In this document: positions 7,434-13,190 of the stretch, in pieces
How positions within the stretch are numbered: the first letter of the stretch is position 1
Layout of the letters: every line of letters begins with the position of its first letter
IMG/VR virus record: IMGVR_UViG_2700989170_000010
DNA: 13,190 nt
Reading direction: 5' to 3' (one strand)
From: a virus
Lineage: Duplodnaviria; Heunggongvirae; Uroviricota; Caudoviricetes
Translations under genes and position numbers: made by a program
Notes under the pieces: model-generated
The model's database searches: none
What the model saw: only the letters and a program-made list of their open reading frames with translations
What the model was told of the DNA's origin: nothing

Positions 7434-8375
7434 ATGATTACTTTTGATCAGGCAACCGTTGACAGCTCTGGTGCCTTTCTCATCGGGGAGCTGGAGAGAC
7501 TCGACCAGACGCTGAACCTGCCACTGGTGGGGTACACCTGGAGCCGCGATATTCAACTGCGTGAAGACGCCTCCATCGCAGATGACATTTCCAGCTGGAC
7601 GAATACCAGCTTCGCCGCTGCGGGTACTGGCGCAAATCCGAATGGAAAAAACTGGGTAGGCAAAGACTCAACCGCTATTGCTGGCGTGAACGTGGATATC
7701 GGCAAATCCGGTAACCCGCTGAACCTGTGGGGGATGGAACTTGGCTGGACGGTCATAGAATTGCAGGCTGCTCAGCAGGTCGGCCGCCCGATTGATACGC
7801 AGAAGTATGACGGTATGCAACTGAAATGGCAGATGGATAACGATGAACAGGTATATGTTGGCGATTCCGCATTAAACCTGAAAGGCCTTGTTACCCTGGA
7901 CGGCGTGCCTGTCAACAACGCTGCCAAAACGTGGGCAACCTCAACACCGGACGAAATCCGCGCAAGCATTAACCAGGTGCTGTCTGATGCGTGGGCCGCT
8001 TCTGGTTACTCTGTGGTTCCGCGTGATTTGCTGATCCCGCCTGAGCAGTTTGCTCTGTTGTCCAGCATCATCGTTTCATCTGCAGGTAACCAGTCCCTGT
8101 TGACGAACCTTCAGACCAACACCATCAGCTATCACCAGAACGGTGTTCCGCTGAATATCCGCGCGGTTAAATGGCTGAAAGGCCGTGGTGTGGGGAATAA
8201 GGATCGCATAGTTGCGTACACCAACGATAAAAAATACGTCCGCTACCCGCTGGTTCCGCTTCAGAGCGTGCCGGTGCAGTATCGCGGTCTGTATCAGATC
8301 GTCACTTACTACGGCAAGCTGGGTGCAGTCGAGCCAGTGTACAAAGAAACCATTTCGTACGTTGATGGCATTTAA
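7434..8375 (+). CDS. putative major capsid protein (possibly DUF2184-like)
   Basis: 313-aa ORF with RBS AAGGA 8 nt upstream, positioned after the scaffold-like and decoration-like genes and followed by a GC-rich hairpin. Translation MITFDQATVDSSGAFLIGELERLDQTLNLPLVGYTWSRDIQL... Family assignment is from memory and unverified. Confidence 0.5.
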   Translation: MITFDQATVDSSGAFLIGELERLDQTLNLPLVGYTWSRDIQLREDASIADDISSWTNTSFAAAGTGANPNGKNWVGKDSTAIAGVNVDIGKSGNPLNLWGMELGWTVIELQAAQQVGRPIDTQKYDGMQLKWQMDNDEQVYVGDSALNLKGLVTLDGVPVNNAAKTWATSTPDEIRASINQVLSDAWAASGYSVVPRDLLIPPEQFALLSSIIVSSAGNQSLLTNLQTNTISYHQNGVPLNIRAVKWLKGRGVGNKDRIVAYTNDKKYVRYPLVPLQSVPVQYRGLYQIVTYYGKLGAVEPVYKETISYVDGI

Positions 8376-8382
8376 CAGCCAC

Positions 8383-8403
8383 ATGGCCCCCTGGCGGGGC
8401 CAT
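8383..8403 (+). terminator. GC-rich perfect hairpin (8-bp stem, 5-nt loop) 8 nt downstream of the capsid gene stop
   Basis: ATGGCCCC (8383-8390), loop CTGGC, GGGGCCAT (8396-8403). No T-tract follows, so it is a putative attenuating or stabilising stem-loop and not a canonical intrinsic terminator. Confidence 0.45.
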
Positions 8404-8416
8404 TAAGGATGACCCG

Positions 8417-8662
8417 ATGGCAAAAAATGATGCAGTAATACACGTACATACCCCGTTTGTGCTCACGCTTCCCGACGGTTCTCGGCGCGAGTTTGTTAAA
8501 GGCCGTCATGTTGTGGAGGAAGACGTTGCCACGCACTGGTTCACTCGTGCGCACGCGGAAGTATCCGTTGGCAAAGCCACAGACGCGCGTAACGAGGTAA
8601 AAAATGCCAAAGAATTGAGGTGTACTGGCAATAGCGGACACTACCATTTGTTCTTTTTTTAA
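8417..8662 (+). CDS. small hypothetical phage protein downstream of the capsid gene; C-terminus near the contig end is unreliable
   Basis: 81-aa ORF with good RBS (AAGGA, 7-nt spacer): MAKNDAVIHVHTPFVLTLPDGSRREFVKGRHVVEEDVATHWFTRAHAEV... It ends ...HYHLFFF* in a T-run 11 nt before the N-run. Confidence 0.45.
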   Translation: MAKNDAVIHVHTPFVLTLPDGSRREFVKGRHVVEEDVATHWFTRAHAEVSVGKATDARNEVKNAKELRCTGNSGHYHLFFF

Positions 8663-8673
8663 GCAGCCATCTG

Positions 8674-8683
8674 NNNNNNNNNN
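8674..8683. other. assembly gap (10 N); boundary between phage contig and yfaL-nrdAB chromosomal contig
   Basis: Run of 10 N. Gene content changes across it. Confidence 0.9.
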
Positions 8684-8845
8684 CGTAATGCCTGAAAGGC
8701 TTTGCCTGCTGGCGTGACAACTCGCTTTGATATCATATCCCTGGCATAAATCAATGGCCGCCGCGACACCGTTAGCAGAGAAAAGAGATGCAATCATTGA
8801 CGGGAGTAGAGATAAATACTCCTTGCGTAGAAAGATAATCCGCAT
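8684..8845 (-). CDS. yfaL: 5' end (54 codons) of a divergently transcribed gene, consistent with autotransporter adhesin yfaL; truncated by the N-run
   Basis: Minus-strand ATG (complement of 8843-8845), then MRIIFLRKEYLSLLPSMIASLFSANGVAAAIDLCQGYDIKASCHASRQSLSGIT running into the gap. Signal-peptide-like N-terminus. Divergent from nrdA about 700 bp away, as for yfaL in E. coli K-12 (recall). The ORF-track extension across the Ns to 8372 is an artefact. Confidence 0.5.
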
Positions 8846-9378
8846 ATTAATCTGACCATCATTTTATATAAGACGGCATATTTAAACGCATTATACAATA
8901 TGGGTTATCTTTCTTTTGTAAATTGTCCAACCCGATGCAATGGCTATTTTGTTATTATTTGATGAATAATATCAGTGCGTCATAATTCAAGTTAATAACC
9001 TTAAGGGATACCAGTTATATTTAAACTAAATTAAAGTAATGAATAATTTTCTTATAATATAAGGTAAATTAACAAAATGGCTTCGCATTTAACAATAACC
9101 GAATAGAAAACAACCATTTCGACATCAACAATCGCTTACATTCGCTTATATATTGACCACAACTGATACATCAGATTATGTGATGACTCGTGCTTAGATC
9201 AATTTTTGCAATCATTAGCAAAAAGATTAATAAACCATCTATATCAATTTATCCAACCTATTCTGCCGTTCAAGAAATCGCCGAACAGTTATTTTTAACA
9301 AATTTTTCTCTTCCCATTGACTTTCCCGGACACCTTGTCTGACCTAAGGTGCGCGAAAGCCACTTTTTCCTTCCTGAG

Positions 9379-9399
9379 TTATCCACAAAGTTATGCACT
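9379..9399 (+). promoter_or_regulatory. two adjacent DnaA boxes upstream of the nrdA promoter
   Basis: TTATCCACA (9379-9387) is a perfect DnaA-box consensus. TTATGCACT (9391-9399) matches 7 of 9. DnaA control of nrdAB is established E. coli biology. Confidence 0.7.
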
Positions 9400-9427
9400 T
9401 GCAAGAGGGTCATTTTCACACTATCTT
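9399..9427 (+). promoter_or_regulatory. putative sigma70 promoter of nrdA (-35 TTGCAA, 17-nt spacer, -10 TATCTT)
   Basis: TTGCAA at 9399-9404 and TATCTT at 9422-9427 with a 17-nt spacer. Implies a leader of about 105 nt before the nrdA ATG at 9541. Confidence 0.55.
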
Positions 9428-9463
9428 GCAGTGAATCCCAAACATACCCCCTATATATAGTGT
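9417..9463 (+). promoter_or_regulatory. two NrdR boxes (repressor operators), one overlapping the -10 and one about 30 bp downstream
   Basis: Box 2 CCCCTATATATAGTGT (9448-9463) matches the NrdR palindrome core CTATATATAG with a TGT flank. Box 1 CACACTATCTTGCAGTG (9417-9433) is a weaker palindromic match over the -10. Confidence 0.6.
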
Positions 9464-9540
9464 TCTAAGCAGCTTCCCTTACTACAGGTAGTCTGCATGA
9501 AACTATTGCGGAAAGAATTCCAAAAACAGGTACGACATAC

Positions 9541-11826
9541 ATGAATCAGAATCTGCTGGTGACAAAGCGCGACGGTAGCACAGAGCGCATCAATCTCGAC
9601 AAAATCCATCGCGTTCTGGATTGGGCGGCAGAAGGACTGCATAACGTTTCGATTTCCCAGGTCGAGCTGCGCTCCCACATTCAGTTTTATGACGGTATCA
9701 AGACCTCTGACATCCACGAAACTATTATCAAGGCTGCCGCAGACCTGATCTCCCGTGATGCGCCGGATTATCAGTATCTCGCCGCGCGCCTGGCGATCTT
9801 CCACCTGCGTAAAAAAGCCTACGGCCAGTTTGAGCCGCCTGCGCTGTACGACCACGTGGTGAAAATGGTCGAGATGGGCAAATACGATAATCATCTGCTG
9901 GAAGACTACACGGAAGAAGAGTTCAAGCAGATGGACACGTTTATCGATCACGACCGTGATATGACCTTCTCTTATGCTGCCGTTAAGCAGCTGGAAGGCA
10001 AATATCTAGTACAGAACCGCGTGACCGGCGAAATCTACGAAAGCGCCCAGTTCCTTTATATTCTTGTTGCCGCGTGCCTGTTCTCGAACTACCCGCGTGA
10101 AACGCGCCTGCAATACGTGAAGCGTTTTTATGACGCGGTTTCCACATTTAAAATTTCGCTGCCGACGCCAATCATGTCCGGCGTGCGTACCCCGACTCGT
10201 CAGTTCAGCTCCTGCGTACTGATCGAGTGCGGTGACAGCCTGGATTCCATCAACGCCACCTCCAGCGCGATTGTGAAATATGTTTCCCAGCGTGCCGGGA
10301 TCGGCATCAACGCCGGACGTATTCGTGCGCTGGGCAGCCCGATTCGCGGTGGCGAAGCGTTCCATACCGGCTGTATCCCGTTCTACAAACATTTCCAGAC
10401 AGCGGTGAAATCCTGCTCTCAGGGCGGTGTGCGCGGCGGTGCGGCAACGCTGTTCTACCCGATGTGGCATCTGGAAGTGGAAAGCCTGCTGGTGTTGAAA
10501 AACAACCGTGGGGTTGAAGGCAACCGCGTGCGTCATATGGACTACGGGGTACAAATCAACAAACTGATGTATACCCGCCTGCTGAAAGGTGAAGATATCA
10601 CCCTGTTCAGCCCGTCCGACGTACCGGGGCTGTACGACGCGTTCTTCGCCGATCAGGAAGAGTTTGAACGCCTGTATACCAAATATGAGAAAGACGACAG
10701 CATCCGCAAGCAGCGTGTGAAAGCCGTTGAGCTGTTCTCGCTGATGATGCAGGAACGTGCGTCTACCGGTCGTATCTATATTCAGAACGTTGACCACTGT
10801 AATACCCATAGTCCGTTTGATCCGACCATCGCGCCAGTTCGCCAGTCTAACCTGTGCCTAGAAATTGCCCTGCCGACCAAACCGCTGAACGACGTCAACG
10901 ACGAGAACGGTGAAATCGCGCTGTGTACGCTGTCTGCTTTCAACCTGGGCGCAATTAATAGCCTGGATGAACTGGAAGAGCTGGCGATTCTGGCGGTTCG
11001 TGCACTTGACGCGCTACTGGATTATCAGGATTACCCGATCCCGGCCGCCAAACGTGGAGCGATGGGGCGTCGTACGCTGGGTATTGGTGTGATTAACTTC
11101 GCTTACTATCTGGCGAAGCACGGTAAACGCTACTCCGACGGCAGCGCCAACAACCTGACGCATAAAACCTTCGAAGCGATTCAGTATTACCTGCTGAAAG
11201 CGTCTAATGAGCTGGCTAAAGAGCAAGGCGCGTGCCCGTGGTTTAACGAAACCACTTACGCGAAAGGGATCCTGCCGATCGATACCTATAAGAAAGATCT
11301 GGATGCCATCGCTAATGAGCCGCTGCATTACGACTGGGAAGCATTGCGTGAATCAATCAAAACGCACGGCCTGCGTAACTCCACGCTTTCTGCCCTGATG
11401 CCGTCCGAGACCTCTTCGCAGATCTCTAACGCCACTAACGGTATTGAACCGCCGCGCGGTTACGTCAGCATCAAAGCGTCGAAAGACGGTATTTTGCGCC
11501 AGGTGGTGCCGGACTACGAGCACCTGCACGACGCCTATGAGCTGCTGTGGGAAATGCCGGGTAACGATGGCTACCTGCAACTGGTAGGTATCATGCAGAA
11601 ATTTATCGATCAGTCGATCTCTGCTAACACCAACTACGATCCGTCACGTTTCCCGTCAGGAAAAGTGCCGATGCAGCAGTTGCTGAAAGACCTGCTCACC
11701 GCCTACAAATTCGGGGTCAAAACGCTGTATTATCAGAACACCCGTGACGGCGCTGAAGACGCGCAGGACGATCTGGTACCGTCAATCCAGGACGATGGCT
11801 GCGAAAGCGGCGCATGTAAGATCTGA
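9541..11826 (+). CDS. nrdA: class Ia ribonucleoside-diphosphate reductase, alpha subunit (R1)
   Basis: 761-aa [36 protein letters not shown]... with N-terminal ATP-cone and C-terminal ...[12 protein letters not shown], ending at TGA 11824-11826. Matches E. coli NrdA. Confidence 0.97.
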   Translation: MNQNLLVTKRDGSTERINLDKIHRVLDWAAEGLHNVSISQVELRSHIQFYDGIKTSDIHETIIKAAADLISRDAPDYQYLAARLAIFHLRKKAYGQFEPPALYDHVVKMVEMGKYDNHLLEDYTEEEFKQMDTFIDHDRDMTFSYAAVKQLEGKYLVQNRVTGEIYESAQFLYILVAACLFSNYPRETRLQYVKRFYDAVSTFKISLPTPIMSGVRTPTRQFSSCVLIECGDSLDSINATSSAIVKYVSQRAGIGINAGRIRALGSPIRGGEAFHTGCIPFYKHFQTAVKSCSQGGVRGGAATLFYPMWHLEVESLLVLKNNRGVEGNRVRHMDYGVQINKLMYTRLLKGEDITLFSPSDVPGLYDAFFADQEEFERLYTKYEKDDSIRKQRVKAVELFSLMMQERASTGRIYIQNVDHCNTHSPFDPTIAPVRQSNLCLEIALPTKPLNDVNDENGEIALCTLSAFNLGAINSLDELEELAILAVRALDALLDYQDYPIPAAKRGAMGRRTLGIGVINFAYYLAKHGKRYSDGSANNLTHKTFEAIQYYLLKASNELAKEQGACPWFNETTYAKGILPIDTYKKDLDAIANEPLHYDWEALRESIKTHGLRNSTLSALMPSETSSQISNATNGIEPPRGYVSIKASKDGILRQVVPDYEHLHDAYELLWEMPGNDGYLQLVGIMQKFIDQSISANTNYDPSRFPSGKVPMQQLLKDLLTAYKFGVKTLYYQNTRDGAEDAQDDLVPSIQDDGCESGACKI

Positions 11827-11835
11827 TATTGAGAT

Positions 11836-12035
<200 letters not shown>

Positions 12036-12059
12036 TTAAACTCCCAACAGGACACACTC

Positions 12060-13190
12060 ATGGCATATACCACCTTTTCACAGACGAAAAATGATCAGCT
12101 CAAAGAACCGATGTTCTTTGGTCAGCCGGTCAACGTGGCTCGCTACGATCAGCAAAAATATGACATCTTCGAAAAGCTGATCGAAAAGCAGCTCTCTTTC
12201 TTCTGGCGTCCGGAAGAAGTTGACGTCTCCCGCGACCGTATAGATTACCAGGCGCTGCCGGAGCACGAAAAACACATCTTTATCAGCAACCTGAAATATC
12301 AGACGCTGCTGGATTCCATTCAGGGTCGTAGCCCGAACGTGGCGCTATTGCCGCTTATTTCTATTCCGGAACTGGAAACCTGGGTCGAAACCTGGGCGTT
12401 CTCAGAAACGATTCATTCCCGTTCCTATACTCATATCATTCGTAATATCGTTAACGATCCGTCTGTTGTGTTTGACGATATCGTCACCAACGAGCAGATC
12501 CAGAAACGTGCGGAAGGGATCTCCAGCTATTACGATGAACTGATCGAAATGACCAGCTACTGGCACCTTCTGGGCGAAGGCACCCACACCGTTAACGGTA
12601 AAACCGTAACCGTTAGCCTGCGCGAGCTGAAGAAAAAACTGTATCTCTGCCTGATGAGCGTTAACGCGCTGGAAGCGATCCGCTTCTACGTCAGCTTTGC
12701 TTGTTCCTTTGCCTTTGCAGAACGCGAACTGATGGAAGGTAACGCCAAGATTATTCGCCTGATTGCCCGCGATGAAGCCCTGCACCTGACCGGTACTCAG
12801 CATATGCTGAATCTGCTGCGCAGCGGCGCGGATGATCCGGAGATGGCGGAAATTGCCGAAGAATGTAAGCAGGAGTGCTATGACCTGTTTGTCCAGGCGG
12901 CACAGCAAGAGAAAGACTGGGCGGATTATCTGTTCCGTGACGGTTCGATGATTGGTCTGAATAAAGATATTCTCTGCCAGTACGTTGAATACATCACCAA
13001 TATCCGCATGCAGGCAGTCGGTTTGGATCTGCCGTTCCAGACGCGCTCCAACCCGATCCCGTGGATCAACACCTGGCTGGTGTCTGATAACGTGCAGGTT
13101 GCTCCGCAGGAAGTGGAAGTCAGTTCTTATCTGGTCGGGCAGATTGACGCGGAAGTGGACACCGACGATTTGAGTAACTTCCAGCTCTGA
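12060..13190 (+). CDS. nrdB: class Ia ribonucleoside-diphosphate reductase, beta subunit (R2)
   Basis: ATG 12060 with AGGA 8 nt upstream. Translation [37 protein letters not shown]...[12 protein letters not shown], 376 aa. The ORF-track start at 11829 is an in-frame read-through of the REP array. Confidence 0.95.
   Translation: MAYTTFSQTKNDQLKEPMFFGQPVNVARYDQQKYDIFEKLIEKQLSFFWRPEEVDVSRDRIDYQALPEHEKHIFISNLKYQTLLDSIQGRSPNVALLPLISIPELETWVETWAFSETIHSRSYTHIIRNIVNDPSVVFDDIVTNEQIQKRAEGISSYYDELIEMTSYWHLLGEGTHTVNGKTVTVSLRELKKKLYLCLMSVNALEAIRFYVSFACSFAFAERELMEGNAKIIRLIARDEALHLTGTQHMLNLLRSGADDPEMAEIAEECKQECYDLFVQAAQQEKDWADYLFRDGSMIGLNKDILCQYVEYITNIRMQAVGLDLPFQTRSNPIPWINTWLVSDNVQVAPQEVEVSSYLVGQIDAEVDTDDLSNFQL

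Larger units (their letters stand above)
2874..8673 (+). mobile_element. phage/prophage head-morphogenesis module fragment (terminase-L C-term, portal, MuF, scaffold-like, decoration-like, major capsid, small ORF), bounded by gaps on both sides
   Basis: Seven co-oriented, tightly packed genes with 1-4 nt junctions or overlaps, in the canonical head-assembly order. No integrase, att site or tail genes are visible. Confidence 0.8.

Noticed and set aside
8372-8683. Portion of minus-strand ORF 8372-8845 lying before the gap (antisense to the 81-aa phage ORF)
   Set aside because: The ORF is joined across the 10-N gap. Only 8684-8845 (the yfaL-like N-terminus) is credible; the rest is a different contig read in antisense.
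8900-8965. 20-codon ORF (MGYLSFVNCPTRCNGYFVII) in the AT-rich nrdA upstream region
   Set aside because: No RBS, AT-rich context, and a length consistent with chance.

Overview
This window is a patchwork from an Escherichia-like draft assembly, split into separately assembled pieces by five N-runs (581-590, 1239-1358, 1829-1940, 2864-2873, 8674-8683). It contains: (1) the 5' portion of a minus-strand DUF1376-type phage gene (1-483); (2) the chromosomal curA-mcbR pair (707-2726) with a terminator hairpin and a possible convergent gene stub; (3) a gap-bounded phage head-morphogenesis block (2874-8662: terminase large-subunit C-terminal nuclease domain, portal, MuF-like minor head protein, scaffold-like protein with an acidic TGD-repeat core, small decoration-like protein, putative major capsid protein, small ORF), carrying two apparent frameshifts and one long out-of-frame gene overlap; (4) the yfaL'-nrdA-nrdB locus with DnaA boxes, a sigma70 promoter and two NrdR boxes upstream of nrdA, and a REP/BIME array between nrdA and nrdB. 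I found no defence system, CRISPR array, tRNA/rRNA, integrase or IS element. The only accessory content I can support is a fragmentary prophage structural module whose genomic context is lost at the gaps. All family and gene names are from recall of protein signatures, not from a database search.
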